NCBI GenBank assembly: GCA_963695225.1
Contig: OY968762.1
Location: 512,001 to 576,000 of the forward strand
From: Vulcanimicrobiota bacterium
GTDB lineage: Bacteria; Vulcanimicrobiota; Vulcanimicrobiia; Vulcanimicrobiales; Vulcanimicrobiaceae
Length of the DNA: 64,000 nt
Direction of reading: 5' to 3'
Shown: piece after piece, positions 38,250 through 49,044 of the stretch
Numbering within the stretch: position 1 is the first letter of the stretch
Layout: every line of letters starts with the position of its first letter
Notes under the pieces: model-generated
Told to the model about the DNA's origin: nothing
The model's input: the letters and a program-made list of their open reading frames with translations, nothing else
Database searches by the model: none
Translations under genes and position numbers: made by a program

Positions 38250-39323
38250 ATGAGCTCCCGCGCGACGACCGTCCGGCGAATCCTGGAAAGCGCGATCGTC
38301 TTGGCCGCGCTTGCGATCGCTACGGGGATCGTCGCTCCTTCGCGCGCGACGGTCGAGCGAGTCTACAGCACCGGCGTCTATCCGGTCGTCGATCGCAGCG
38401 TCCGCGCGCTGACCGATCGCATTCCGTTTGCGCTGGGCGACGGATTGTTCGTCGCGCTGCTCGCAGCTTTCGCGGGCGGCCTCGCGGTCGCGCTCGCGCG
38501 GACCGCCGCGACGCGCAAGCCCGCGCCGCTGCTGGCGTTCGGGCGGCGCCTGCTCGTCTGCCTCGCGCTCGTGTATCTCTGGTTTCTCGGATCCTGGGGC
38601 TGGAACTATCTGCGCGTCCCCGTCATCGACAAGCTCGTGCTCCATACGGACCGCACGAACGAAGACGCGGTGGCGGAACTCGCAAACCGCACGGTGCGCG
38701 AATTGAACCGGTACGCCGAGGCGGCGCACCGCACGGCTTACGACGGGGCGACGACGGCGGCAAAGCTGCGTCCCACGTTCGACGCGGTGACGCGGCGGCT
38801 CGGAGACCGGACCGCATTCTCGCCGCCGCCAGGGAAATCGACGATTTTCGAATTCCTGATGAAGGCGAGCGGCTCGCAAGGCTTCACGGATCCGTGGACG
38901 CACGAGATCACGCTCGACGGATCGACGTTCCCGTTCGAACGGCCGGCGACGTTCGCGCACGAATGGGGGCACGTCGCCGGCTTCGCCGACGAGTCCGAGG
39001 CGAATTACATCTCCGTGCTCACGTGCACGACCGCCGAGGATCCGTTGCTGCGGTACGCGGGCTGGCTGCTCGTGTGGTTCAACCTCCCTTCCGACGTGCA
39101 CGTGACGCAACGGGCGGTACCGCAGGTCGTGGCAGACATCGAGGCGATCCGCAAACGCGACCTCGCGCAAGTGAAGCCCGTCGTGGCGCGCGCGCAACGG
39201 GCGGCGTACGGACAGTACCTGCGCGCGAACCACGTCAAGGCGGGCTACGGCAGCTACCGGCTGTTCATCCGCCTGCTGACGGCGGCCGACTACGACGCGA
39301 GCGGGCTCCCGGCCGTGCGCTAG
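38250..39323 (+). CDS. DUF3810 family putative membrane-anchored zinc peptidase
   Basis: VERVYS, WGWNY.R, PWT.E and AHEWGH..GFA.ESEAN motifs. Confidence 0.85.
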   Translation: MSSRATTVRRILESAIVLAALAIATGIVAPSRATVERVYSTGVYPVVDRSVRALTDRIPFALGDGLFVALLAAFAGGLAVALARTAATRKPAPLLAFGRRLLVCLALVYLWFLGSWGWNYLRVPVIDKLVLHTDRTNEDAVAELANRTVRELNRYAEAAHRTAYDGATTAAKLRPTFDAVTRRLGDRTAFSPPPGKSTIFEFLMKASGSQGFTDPWTHEITLDGSTFPFERPATFAHEWGHVAGFADESEANYISVLTCTTAEDPLLRYAGWLLVWFNLPSDVHVTQRAVPQVVADIEAIRKRDLAQVKPVVARAQRAAYGQYLRANHVKAGYGSYRLFIRLLTAADYDASGLPAVR

Positions 39324-41563
39324 GCGTTCGGATCGAGCGCGAAGCCGCGGCGCCCGTGCTGCGGCGGCGCGACGACGAAGAAGTGCACGCGGGCCGAGCG
39401 CTCGGGGAACGTGGCCTCGAGCGTGTGCGCCCCCAGGACCGCCGCCCAAACGTACCGTCCGTCGGTTCGCGCGAGCGTGCGGCCGTCGAGGCGCACTTCC
39501 CGCGGCGGCGCCGCGCCCGCGAAATCGAACACGAGACGCTGCCCGCCGCCGGGATAGAGCGCGAAACGATCCCCCTCGAGCGGGAAGAGGATGCGGCCCG
39601 GCCCGCTCGCCCGCAGCGGTTGATGGGCGATCCACGGCGCGTACGAATCGTCCAGCTCTGCCGCGAGCGTCGCGCGCGTCGGGGCGGCGGGGGCGCTCGG
39701 CTCGACGTATTCCGTGACGACCGAGGCACAGCCGCGCTCCGGCGGTGCGCCCGTCGTCGCGCAGATGGCGGCGCGCCGGTAACCGCGCGGCGGATCGAAA
39801 GGCGGCGGGTCCTCGCGCTCGTGCAGGTGCAGCATGATCCGGTTCCAGAGCGGGCCCGCTCCCGTTACTCCGGAGATGCGGCGCATCGGCGAGCCGTCGA
39901 AGTTCCCGACCCAGACCGCGACCGTGTACCACTGCGAGGCGCCGACCGTCCACGTATCGCGGAAATCCGACGACGTGCCGGTCTTCGCGAGCGCCGGGAA
40001 CGGGAGCGCGAGCACGGAATTCACGCCGAACGCCTGCGCGCGCGCGTGTCGATCGGCGAGCATGTCGCGCACGAGCGCCCAGGGCGCGTCGTCCGCCCAG
40101 ACGGGCGGCGGCTCGTCGCGCGGAGCGTCGAGCGTCGTGCGCAGCGCGAGCGGCCGGCCGCCGCGGGCGAGCGTCGCGTAGGCGCTTGCGAGTTCGGCGA
40201 GCGTCACTTCTCCGCTCCCGAGCGTGAGCCCGAGTCCGTAGTCGCTCGCCGGCCGGTTCAAATGCGAGAAGCCGAGCGCGTGGAGGCGCTCTAGGAACGG
40301 CTGGACGCCGACACGCTCTAGGACGCGCACCGCCGGAACGTTCAGGGAATTAGCGAGCGCCGCGCGGACGCGCACCGGACCGCTGTACGTGCCGCTGTAG
40401 TCGCCCGGTTGGTAGATGCGCGCGCCCGGGATTGCGTATGTGGCCGGGACGTCGGCGAGGATCGTCGTCGAGCGCAGCGCGCCCCGTTCGAGAGCGAGTT
40501 CGTAGACGAAGGGCTTCAACGTCGAACCCGGCTGGCGCAGCGCCGTGACGCCGTCGTTGCGGCCGAGCGCCGCATCGGAGAAGTAGTCGGGGGAACCCAC
40601 GTAGGCGAGCACGTCGCCGCTGCGGTTATCGACCACGAGCGCCGCGGCGGCGCTCGCATGCCGGTCCGCGAGCGCGGCGACGACGGCGCGGACTTGCCCT
40701 TCGACGTAGCGTTGCAGCGGGAGATCGAGCGTCGTCGCGACGTCCGTCTCCCCCGGGGGGAGCGCGCGCGCGAGCGCGTAGAGCAGATGCGGCGCCGCCG
40801 CGAACCCGCGCGAACGCGGGACGAGCGCGAGCGTCTCGTCCCGCGCGTGCGCGAACTCGTCGGCGGAGATTGCGCCGTCGGCTGCGAGGCGCGCGAGGAT
40901 CGCGCGCCGGCGCCTCTCGAGCCGCGCGCGATGTTGGTAAGGATCGAGCTCGGTCGGCGCGTTCGGGAGCGCCGCGAGGAGCGCAGCCTGCGCGAGATCG
41001 AGCCGGGCGGCATCCGTCCCGAAGTAGGCGCGCGCCGCAGCTTCGACGCCGAACAGGTTCGAGCCCATCGGGATGCGGTTCGCGTAGGCTTCGAGAATCG
41101 CGCGCTTCGAGCTGCCGTTCTCGATCCGCTGCGCGCGCACGGCTTCGACCAGCTTGCCGTACGCGCCGCCGGGGACGGGCGCGATCAGCCGGGCGAGCTG
41201 CATCGTCAGCGTCGACGCGCCGTGGGGTTCGCGCCCCGTCCGCAGCGTCTCGCCGAACGCGCGCAGCGCCGCGTACCAATCGACCGCGCCGTGCGAGAAG
41301 AAGCGGCGGTCTTCGGCGGCGACGAGCGCGCGCAGCATGACCGGCGCGATCCGTTCGAGCGGGACCGGACTCGTCTCCCGATCGCCGTCCCCGCTGATGC
41401 TTCCGAGCGGAAGACCGTTGCGATCGGTGAAGGTGACGGTGCGAGCCGTCTGCGTCAACGCGGGAGGTCCGACCGGCCGCAACAGATAGCACGCCGGCAG
41501 CGTTACAACGAGCGCACAGACGAGAGCGATACGAGGGAACGCATTGGACCGATCGAGTCGCAT
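39320..41563 (-). CDS. pbpC: Penicillin-binding protein 1C
   Basis: EDRRFF.H and GASTLTMQLAR (transglycosylase); PGSTLKP, SLNVPA and KTGTS (transpeptidase); adjacent to alpha-2-macroglobulin. Confidence 0.92.
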   Translation of the reverse strand: MRLDRSNAFPRIALVCALVVTLPACYLLRPVGPPALTQTARTVTFTDRNGLPLGSISGDGDRETSPVPLERIAPVMLRALVAAEDRRFFSHGAVDWYAALRAFGETLRTGREPHGASTLTMQLARLIAPVPGGAYGKLVEAVRAQRIENGSSKRAILEAYANRIPMGSNLFGVEAAARAYFGTDAARLDLAQAALLAALPNAPTELDPYQHRARLERRRRAILARLAADGAISADEFAHARDETLALVPRSRGFAAAPHLLYALARALPPGETDVATTLDLPLQRYVEGQVRAVVAALADRHASAAAALVVDNRSGDVLAYVGSPDYFSDAALGRNDGVTALRQPGSTLKPFVYELALERGALRSTTILADVPATYAIPGARIYQPGDYSGTYSGPVRVRAALANSLNVPAVRVLERVGVQPFLERLHALGFSHLNRPASDYGLGLTLGSGEVTLAELASAYATLARGGRPLALRTTLDAPRDEPPPVWADDAPWALVRDMLADRHARAQAFGVNSVLALPFPALAKTGTSSDFRDTWTVGASQWYTVAVWVGNFDGSPMRRISGVTGAGPLWNRIMLHLHEREDPPPFDPPRGYRRAAICATTGAPPERGCASVVTEYVEPSAPAAPTRATLAAELDDSYAPWIAHQPLRASGPGRILFPLEGDRFALYPGGGQRLVFDFAGAAPPREVRLDGRTLARTDGRYVWAAVLGAHTLEATFPERSARVHFFVVAPPQHGRRGFALDPNA

Positions 41564-41585
41564 CCGGTTGATCCGCCTTGGCGTC

Positions 41586-44500
41586 ATGCTGGCCTGCGCC
41601 GCCGCGGCATCGTTCGCGCCCGCGGCCTGCACCTCCCGGACGGCGCCGGCCCCGCCCGCGCCCGTGCGGTTGGCGGCCGTCGAAGCGCTCCCGGACGTTC
41701 CGCTCCCCGCGGCGGTCGCGGCCGTTTCGCCGCGCGGCGCCGTCGAAGCCGGCGCGCAGATTCGCGTCGTGTTCCGCGACGACGCGGTCCCGCTCGAAGC
41801 GCTCGACGCGCCAGATCGCCAAACGCTCCTCGCGCGGTTCGCGCTCGAACCTGCCGTCCCGGGGCGCTTCATCGCGTTGACCCCGCGCATGATCGGCTTC
41901 CAAGCCGACGCGCCGTTGCCGCTCGCGACGCGTTTTCGCGTGACGCTGCGTGCGGGGCTCGCCGATCTGCACGGGCACGCGCTCGACCACGACTATGCTT
42001 GGACGTTCACGACGCCCCCGATCGAACTCTCGACGAACCTCCCCGCCGACCCCTCGGCCGAACTCGCGCCAAGCGAACGGATTCCGAAAGTGACCGTCGT
42101 TTCGAACGTCCCGCTCGACGAGGCGTCCCTCGCCGAGCACGCGCGCTTCGCCGGAGCCGACGACGCGACGGCGGTCGTTCAGAGCGAACTCGTTCCAACC
42201 CCGGCGCCGACGGGAACGGCGGCCGGCAGCGAGCGGGGTGCGGACCGTCCCGAGCAATTCGCGTACGTCTTGCGCCCGAGCACCGCGCTTGCTTCGGCGG
42301 CGGCGTACCGCTTCGAGTTGACGCCCGGGATCTTGCCGCGCGACGGGAATCTCGGAACCGCGGCGGCGGTGCTCGGCCGCCTGCGTACCTACGGGCCGCT
42401 CGCATACGTCGCCCCGCGCACGCAAGGCGACCCCGCGGAGAACGGCGGCGAGGGGCGTTTCGCCGACGGTTTCCCCGCATTTGCGTTTACGAATCCGCTG
42501 GATCCCAAGAGCGTCGCGTCGTCCGTGCACCTCGATCCGCCGCCTGCGGCCGGAGTCGTTGCGTTCGCGGCGAGCGAGGGGGCCCCGGAGCTCGACCTGA
42601 ACCCGGCCGCCCTCGAGCCGAACCGGCACTACACCGTCACGTTCGACGCGACGCTCGCCGACGCGTTCGGGCAAACGCTCGGCACGCCGCAGCAAGCGGC
42701 GTTCGACACGGGGAATCTCGCGGCGGATCTGTGGGCGCCCTCGGGCGAGACGATCTTCCCCTCGACGCGCGGGATCGATCTCGCCGTCTCGACGCGGAAC
42801 CTCCCCGAACGCTACCGGACCCGCTTCGCGCGGATCGAGCCGCGCGATCTCGCCTGGTTCGATCCGCAGGACGACGACGCGATCGCCAAACGCCTCGGCG
42901 ACGTCGCCGCCTGGGATGCGAGCGCGGCGCCGCCGCGGAGCAACGAGAGCGTCGAGACGCGGATTCCGCTGCGCGCGCGGCTGGACGCGCCGACGGGGAT
43001 GCTCGCGTACGGCGTCAGCGGCCGCACGAACCGGTATCGCGACGAGAAGGGGCGCACCGTCTGGGCCGAGCCGCGGTACCTCGGCGTCGTGCAACTCTCG
43101 AACGTCGGCATCTTCGCGCAGTGGTTTCCGAACGCGGGCCTCGTGCTGCTGCACCATCTCGCCGACGGATCGCCGATCGCGCGGGGCCGGGTGGAGATCT
43201 ACGAATCGCTGCTGGAAACGAAGGCGACCGATGCGCGCCCGCCCTGCGCGACGGGCGAGACGGACGTGCAAGGCGTGCTGCAACTCGACGGGGCGGCGTT
43301 CGCTCGCTGCGCGAGCACGGCGACGAACGCGAACGAGGCGCCCTCGCTCCTCGTGATCGCGCGCGACGGGGAAGACTGGTCCTACGTGCGGACGGGGCCG
43401 TACAGCGTCGATTGGAGCAGCGACGCGTATTTCGGCTGGTCGGCGGGCGCGCCGATCGCGCGCGGAGCGATCGTCCCCGATCGCGATCTCTACCAGCCCG
43501 GCGAAGACGTGCACGCGACCGGCGTCGCGTACTTCGAAACGAACGGCGTCCTCGCGCGCGGGCGCGCGGCGGAGTACGCGCTCGCGCTCGAAGGACCGAA
43601 CGGATCGCGCAAGTCGCTCGGGACCGCGACGCTCGACGAGTTCGGCGCGTTCTCGACGCATTTGAACCTCGACCGGCGGCAGGAGCTGGGCTACTACACG
43701 CTGCACGCGAAGGCGGCGAACGGCGAGGAACTCTACGGGTCCTTCCGGGTCGCCGAGTTCCGCCCCCCGAACTTCAAGACGAACGTCACGCTCGATCGCG
43801 CGTTCGCGTTCAAGGGGACGGCCGTGACGGCGAACGTCGCGAGCGCGTATCTCTTCGGCGCGCCGCTGGCGAACGCGCGCGCGCACTTGAGCGTGACGCG
43901 CTCGCGCACGTGGTTTTCACCGCCGGGATTCGAGCGCTTCTCGTTCGGGCGCGAGTGGCTCTACCCCGAAGAGGCGCCCAGCGTCACCAGCGACGTGCTC
44001 GATGCCGATGCGACGCTCGACGCCTCGGGGAGGCTCGCGCGCACGTTCACGATCGACGCCGCCGTCCCGTATCCGCTCGCGTATCGCGTCGACGCGCAAA
44101 CCACGGACGTCGCGAACCTGGCGGTCGACGATACCGCCACGCTGACGGTCTTGCCGGGCGAAACATCGATCGGGATCGCGACGCCGTTCGTCGCCGAGGC
44201 GGGCACCCCGTTCGCGGTCGAAGCGGTCGTCAGCGATCCGCAGGGCCACGCCGTGAGCGACCGGCGCATCAAGCTGACGCTCTCGGAGCGCGTCTACGAG
44301 CGCGCGACGCAGATCGTCGAAGGCGGCGAGACGCCCGCCGATGCGGTCCACTACCGCGACGTGCAAAGCGTCGAAGTGAACTCGGCGGCGACGCCGCAGA
44401 AGGTGCAGATGACGGCGCCCGGTGCGGGCGAATACCGCGTCCGCGCGAACTTCGCCGACGCGACGGACGATGCGACCGCGACCGACCGCGCGATCTGGGT

Positions 44501-47279
44501 GACGGGCGCCGGCAATGCAGGGTGGGGTCCGCAAGACGCGATGACGCTCCCCGTCAAACTCGACAAGGCGGAGTATCGTGTCGGCGAGACGGCGACGGCG
44601 CTCGTCGAGTCGCCGTTCCCGGAGGCGGATCTGTACGTCGCGGTCGTCCGCCACGACGTGATCTGGAAGCAGGTCGCGACCGTCAAAGGAAATGCGCCGC
44701 GCGTGCAGTTTCAAGTGACGCCGGCGATGTTGCCGAACGCCGCCCTCCAAGCAGTGCTCGTGCGGCGCGGAACGCCGCTCGGCCGCGGGGACGCGCCCGA
44801 TATCGGAAAGCTCGCCCGGATCGGTTTCGTCCCGTTCAAGACGGCGCTCGACGACAAGTACCTCGCCCTCGAGATCGTTCCGCAAGCGAACGACGTGCTG
44901 CCGGGCGGCGAGCAGACGGTGCGCCTGCGCCTCAAGGATCGTGCGGGACGCCCCGTGGCGGGCGAGATCGCGCTCGCCGTCGTCAACGACGCGGTCTTGC
45001 AGTTGAGCGGCTACCGCTTCCCCGACCTCGTCTCGCTCGTCTACGCGCCGCAAGCGATCTCGACGCGCTACGGCGACAATCGCGCGATCGTGCAGCTCGC
45101 CGCAGAGAAGCGCATGGAGGAGAAGGGATTCGGTTTCGGCGGCGGCGCGGAAGCCGGAGCGGCGGGGACCCGCCTGCGCACGGATTTCCGGGCGCTCGCC
45201 TTCTACGTCGGGGCCGTCCGGACGGATGCGCGCGGAGAAGCCTCCGTGCACTTCCGGCTCCCCGACGATCTCACGACGTGGCGCGTCCTCGCGATGTCGT
45301 TCACGCGCGACGCGCGCTTCGGTCGAGCTGACGCGACGTTCGTGGCGACAAAGCCGCTCGTGACGAATCCGATCCTCCCGCAGTTCGCGCGTCCCGGGGA
45401 TCGCTTCTCGGCGGGCGTGAGCGTCACGAACGTCGCGCAGGCGGCCGGCTCCGTCTCGGTCGCTGGGACGCTCGCCGGCGGGCTCGCCTTCCTGCAAGGC
45501 GAGAGGTCCGTCGCGAGCGCGACGCTCGAAAGCCCGATCGAAGCACTCACGCAAGGCTACCGCTTCGACGTGCGCGTCGACGGCGCCGACGACGCGAAGG
45601 TCGCCTTCCGCACGCAGCTCGGCGCGAACGCCGATGCCTTCGAAGTCCCGCTCCCGATCCGGTCGACCGATCTGCTCGAGAGCGTCGTCGCGACCGGCGC
45701 GACGGCGGATCGCGCGCAGATCCCGCTCAACGTCGCGAGCGATGCGCGCACGGATCTCGGCGGCCTCGATGCGACGCTCGCGAGCACGCTCTTGCCGTAC
45801 GCGAGCGAAGCGATCCGCGCGGCGCTGACCGGCGAGCTGCCGTTCGGCACCGAGGTCGCCGCCCGCGTCGCCGTCGCGTCCGATGCGATCGCGCTCGAGA
45901 AGCGGACGGGCCGCACGAGCGACCTCCCCGCGCTGCGCTCCGCGCTCGCGCGGAATCTCGCTTCGCTCCGCGCGCTCGCGCTCGCGGACGGCGGCTTCGC
46001 CGCTTGGCCGGGCGCGACGCGCAGCGAGATCTTCTCGACCGCGTTCGCCGCAAGCGCGCTCGCACGCGCGAAGGCCGCGGGGGAGGGCGTCGACCCCGAT
46101 ATCGCGCGCGTCTCGGGCTATCTGCGCAAGCGCCTCGCCGATCCGTGCGAAGGGCGCAAGAAGTGCCCGGACTCCGAGCGCGATTCCGTCCGTTTGGAGG
46201 CACTCGAGACGCTCGGAACGCTCGGCGACGTGCGCAGTTCGTACCTGGACGAAATCGTCGCGGGCCGCGCGCAGCTCTCGTATTACGAGAACGTCGAACT
46301 GGCGCGGCACATGCTCAAGCTTCCCGCCTATCGTACGGCGGCGCTCGCGCTGCGCGACAAACTCCTCGAACAGGTGCATGAAACCGGGCGCTCAGCGACC
46401 GTGGACGTGCCCGGCGACTACCTCGAAACGCGCGTCGCGGGGCAGGCGCAAATCGTGCAGCTGCTCCTCGACAGCGCCGCGCCCGTCGAGGAGATCGATC
46501 GCGCGTTCCGCGCGTTGCTCGCGACGCAAACGAACGGGACGTGGCCCTGCGGCTCGGACGCCGCCGAGGCGTTTGACGCGCTCGCCGGGTATGCCGCGCT
46601 CGATCGCGTCCCGCCGGACTTCACTGCGCGCATTGCGCTCGCCGGCAAAGAGGAGAGCATCCCGTTCCACGGCTATGCGCAACCGCTCGCCGAGCGGACG
46701 TTCCCGGCCGCCGCGTTGCCGAAGGGCTCGAGCACGCTCGATCTTTCGAAGAGCGGCGCGGGCACGTTGCATTACGCGGTCGCGTACCGCTACGCGCTCG
46801 CCGGGCCGCAAGCCGGACGCTATCAGGGGATTCGCATAGACCGGATCGTCCGGCCCGCGAACTCCGCCGACCCGGTCGCGACGTTCGGGCTCGGCGTGCC
46901 GGGCGCCGCCACGCTTGCGGCGGGCGCCGTCTTCGATATCGAAGACCGGATCGTCACCGACCATCCGATCGATCGCGTCGTGATCGACGATCCGCTCGCA
47001 GCGGGACTCGAAGCGATCGACACGAGCTTCCGCACCTCGACGACGTTCTACCAGCCGCAACTCGATGCGTGGGAGATCACCTACCAGCAGATCTACCGCG
47101 ATCGCGTCCTGGCCTACGCGGATCACCTGCAAGCCGGCGTTTTCGCCGTGCACTACCTCGTGCGCTCGCAGACGCCCGGGACGTTCGCCTGGCCGGGCGC
47201 GGAGGTGCACTTGCAATACGCGCCGGAGGAATTCGGGCGCACCGCTGCGACCGTGCTGACGATCGCCGCCCCGAAGTAG
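41586..47279 (+). CDS. Bacterial alpha-2-macroglobulin family lipoprotein
   Basis: PAAC lipobox, DRDLYQPGE, FRVAEFRPPNF, LPDDLTTWR, PQFARPGD, DGGFAAW, DPLAAGLE and YAPEEFGR motifs; start could be the TTG at 41544. Confidence 0.93.
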   Translation: MLACAAAASFAPAACTSRTAPAPPAPVRLAAVEALPDVPLPAAVAAVSPRGAVEAGAQIRVVFRDDAVPLEALDAPDRQTLLARFALEPAVPGRFIALTPRMIGFQADAPLPLATRFRVTLRAGLADLHGHALDHDYAWTFTTPPIELSTNLPADPSAELAPSERIPKVTVVSNVPLDEASLAEHARFAGADDATAVVQSELVPTPAPTGTAAGSERGADRPEQFAYVLRPSTALASAAAYRFELTPGILPRDGNLGTAAAVLGRLRTYGPLAYVAPRTQGDPAENGGEGRFADGFPAFAFTNPLDPKSVASSVHLDPPPAAGVVAFAASEGAPELDLNPAALEPNRHYTVTFDATLADAFGQTLGTPQQAAFDTGNLAADLWAPSGETIFPSTRGIDLAVSTRNLPERYRTRFARIEPRDLAWFDPQDDDAIAKRLGDVAAWDASAAPPRSNESVETRIPLRARLDAPTGMLAYGVSGRTNRYRDEKGRTVWAEPRYLGVVQLSNVGIFAQWFPNAGLVLLHHLADGSPIARGRVEIYESLLETKATDARPPCATGETDVQGVLQLDGAAFARCASTATNANEAPSLLVIARDGEDWSYVRTGPYSVDWSSDAYFGWSAGAPIARGAIVPDRDLYQPGEDVHATGVAYFETNGVLARGRAAEYALALEGPNGSRKSLGTATLDEFGAFSTHLNLDRRQELGYYTLHAKAANGEELYGSFRVAEFRPPNFKTNVTLDRAFAFKGTAVTANVASAYLFGAPLANARAHLSVTRSRTWFSPPGFERFSFGREWLYPEEAPSVTSDVLDADATLDASGRLARTFTIDAAVPYPLAYRVDAQTTDVANLAVDDTATLTVLPGETSIGIATPFVAEAGTPFAVEAVVSDPQGHAVSDRRIKLTLSERVYERATQIVEGGETPADAVHYRDVQSVEVNSAATPQKVQMTAPGAGEYRVRANFADATDDATATDRAIWVTGAGNAGWGPQDAMTLPVKLDKAEYRVGETATALVESPFPEADLYVAVVRHDVIWKQVATVKGNAPRVQFQVTPAMLPNAALQAVLVRRGTPLGRGDAPDIGKLARIGFVPFKTALDDKYLALEIVPQANDVLPGGEQTVRLRLKDRAGRPVAGEIALAVVNDAVLQLSGYRFPDLVSLVYAPQAISTRYGDNRAIVQLAAEKRMEEKGFGFGGGAEAGAAGTRLRTDFRALAFYVGAVRTDARGEASVHFRLPDDLTTWRVLAMSFTRDARFGRADATFVATKPLVTNPILPQFARPGDRFSAGVSVTNVAQAAGSVSVAGTLAGGLAFLQGERSVASATLESPIEALTQGYRFDVRVDGADDAKVAFRTQLGANADAFEVPLPIRSTDLLESVVATGATADRAQIPLNVASDARTDLGGLDATLASTLLPYASEAIRAALTGELPFGTEVAARVAVASDAIALEKRTGRTSDLPALRSALARNLASLRALALADGGFAAWPGATRSEIFSTAFAASALARAKAAGEGVDPDIARVSGYLRKRLADPCEGRKKCPDSERDSVRLEALETLGTLGDVRSSYLDEIVAGRAQLSYYENVELARHMLKLPAYRTAALALRDKLLEQVHETGRSATVDVPGDYLETRVAGQAQIVQLLLDSAAPVEEIDRAFRALLATQTNGTWPCGSDAAEAFDALAGYAALDRVPPDFTARIALAGKEESIPFHGYAQPLAERTFPAAALPKGSSTLDLSKSGAGTLHYAVAYRYALAGPQAGRYQGIRIDRIVRPANSADPVATFGLGVPGAATLAAGAVFDIEDRIVTDHPIDRVVIDDPLAAGLEAIDTSFRTSTTFYQPQLDAWEITYQQIYRDRVLAYADHLQAGVFAVHYLVRSQTPGTFAWPGAEVHLQYAPEEFGRTAATVLTIAAPK

Positions 47280-47284
47280 CCGCG

Positions 47285-48064
47285 ATGGATCTTGGGATCG
47301 CCGGGAGACACGCGCTCGTCTGTGCCTCGAGCAAGGGGCTCGGGCGCGGCTGCGCCTTCGCGCTCGCGCGAGAAGGCGTTACGTTGACGATCGTCGCGCG
47401 CGCGCCGGCGGCGCTCGAGGCGACCGCGCAGGAGCTGCGCCGGGAAACGGGGCGCCTGCCGGAGACCGTCGTCGCGGACGTTGCGACGGAGGCGGGGCGC
47501 GCGGCGATCCTCGCCGCCTGCCCTGCGCCGGATATCCTCGTCACGAACGCGGGCGGCCCCCCGCCGGGGAACTTCCGCGATTGGGGCCGCGACGAATGGA
47601 TCGCGGCGCTCGATGCGACCATGCTCGCGCCGATCGCGCTGATCCGCGCGACGATCGACAGGATGATCGAGCGCCGCTTCGGGCGGATCGTCAACATCAC
47701 GTCGAGCGCCGTGAAGGCTCCGATCGACGTCCTCGGCCTCTCCAACGGCGCGCGCAGCGGGTTGACCGGTTTCATCGCCGGACTCGCTCGCGAGGTCGCG
47801 CAGCACGGCGTTACGATCAACAACCTCTTGCCGGGCACGTTCGACACGGACCGGCTGCGCGCGACGCTCCGCGTCTGGGCGGGCGCGCACGGCGTGACGC
47901 CGGAAGAAGAAGCCGCCGCGCAGGCGGCGCAGAATCCCACGCGGCGCTTCGGCACCTCCGAGGAGTTCGGAGCGCTCTGCGCGTTCGTGTGCAGCGTGCA
48001 CGCCGGCTACATCACGGGGCAGAATCTCCTGATCGACGGAGGCCGCTACCCGGGGACGTTCTAG
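47285..48064 (+). CDS. SDR family oxidoreductase
   Basis: MDLGI.G, ASSKGLG, NAGGPPPG, SNGAR and YITGQ motifs. Confidence 0.92.
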   Translation: MDLGIAGRHALVCASSKGLGRGCAFALAREGVTLTIVARAPAALEATAQELRRETGRLPETVVADVATEAGRAAILAACPAPDILVTNAGGPPPGNFRDWGRDEWIAALDATMLAPIALIRATIDRMIERRFGRIVNITSSAVKAPIDVLGLSNGARSGLTGFIAGLAREVAQHGVTINNLLPGTFDTDRLRATLRVWAGAHGVTPEEEAAAQAAQNPTRRFGTSEEFGALCAFVCSVHAGYITGQNLLIDGGRYPGTF

Positions 48065-48849
48065 AGGCCGTCCACGAACGCGGCGATCAGTTCGGCCAGT
48101 GCTTCCGGCCGGTCGAGGGGCGCGTAGTGCCGGCAGGCAGGCAGTTCCTCGAAGCGGCTCTCCGCGATCGGGTCCGCGACGAGTTCGCGGGCGAGGGCCG
48201 GCGTCATCGGCCGGTCCCCGGCCGGCGCGACCACGAGCGTGGGCGTCTCGATCGTTGCGGCTTCCGCGCCGAAATCGAGCGTCGTCCACGATTCGTAGGA
48301 TGCGAGCGCGACCTCCCGGGGAACGCTCGCTGCCGCGGCCAGCAAGAGCGCCGTCGTCTCCGGGGGCTGCGGCGCGGTCGTCAAGCCGCCGAGCCAGCGC
48401 CGCAAGACCGCCGGGTCCGTGAGGGTGGCGCGAAAGAACGTATCGAGCGCGGGCGGGAAGGCTAACGCCCGCGCCGGGACGCTCGCGATGAGGACGAGCC
48501 CCAAGACCGCCTCCGGGCGGTCGACTGCGAACCGCTGCACGATCGCGCCCCCCATCGAGTGCCCGATCGCGACGACGGGATCGAGCCCGAGCGCGTCGAC
48601 GAGATCTCCGAGGTCCGCCGCGAAGCGCTCGACCGTGTACGGGCCGGGCGCCCCGTTCGAGGCCCCCATCCCGCGCAAGTCGACGGTCAGCGTCCGGAAG
48701 CGCCCCGCGAGCAACGAGCGCAACGGCTCCCAAACGGCGCTCGACCCTTGCCAACCGTGCACGAAGAGCAGCGTCGCAGCCGCAGCCTCGTCGCCTCCGA
48801 GGGCATAAGCGAGCGAGGCGCCGTCGCCGGCGCGGTAGCGCAACGCCAT
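48061..48849 (-). CDS. Alpha/beta hydrolase
   Basis: HGW, DLRGMG and GHSMGG motifs, catalytic D and H. Confidence 0.9.
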   Translation of the reverse strand: MALRYRAGDGASLAYALGGDEAAAATLLFVHGWQGSSAVWEPLRSLLAGRFRTLTVDLRGMGASNGAPGPYTVERFAADLGDLVDALGLDPVVAIGHSMGGAIVQRFAVDRPEAVLGLVLIASVPARALAFPPALDTFFRATLTDPAVLRRWLGGLTTAPQPPETTALLLAAAASVPREVALASYESWTTLDFGAEAATIETPTLVVAPAGDRPMTPALARELVADPIAESRFEELPACRHYAPLDRPEALAELIAAFVDGL

Positions 48850-49044
48850 TAGACTGCCCCGCAGGCGTGTGAGGGCATCGATTCTGCGGTACGAATCGGG
48901 CAGCGCCCCGGCGCATCGGCAGGGCTGGGTTCTTCCCTGCCGCGGAGGAGAAGGATGGGGACCAGAGCAGGCGCGCGGCTTGGAAACATCGCCGCCGAGC
49001 TACGCGAATGGAATGTGCGAAGCCTGTGGCACGGCTCGCAAGTT

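Noticed and set aside
40409..46379. Very long antisense ORFs (1640, 1086, 820 aa) and similar shadow ORFs across the window
   Set aside because: Arg/Ala/Gly-rich with no motifs, and opposite well-supported genes; expected from stop-codon scarcity at high GC
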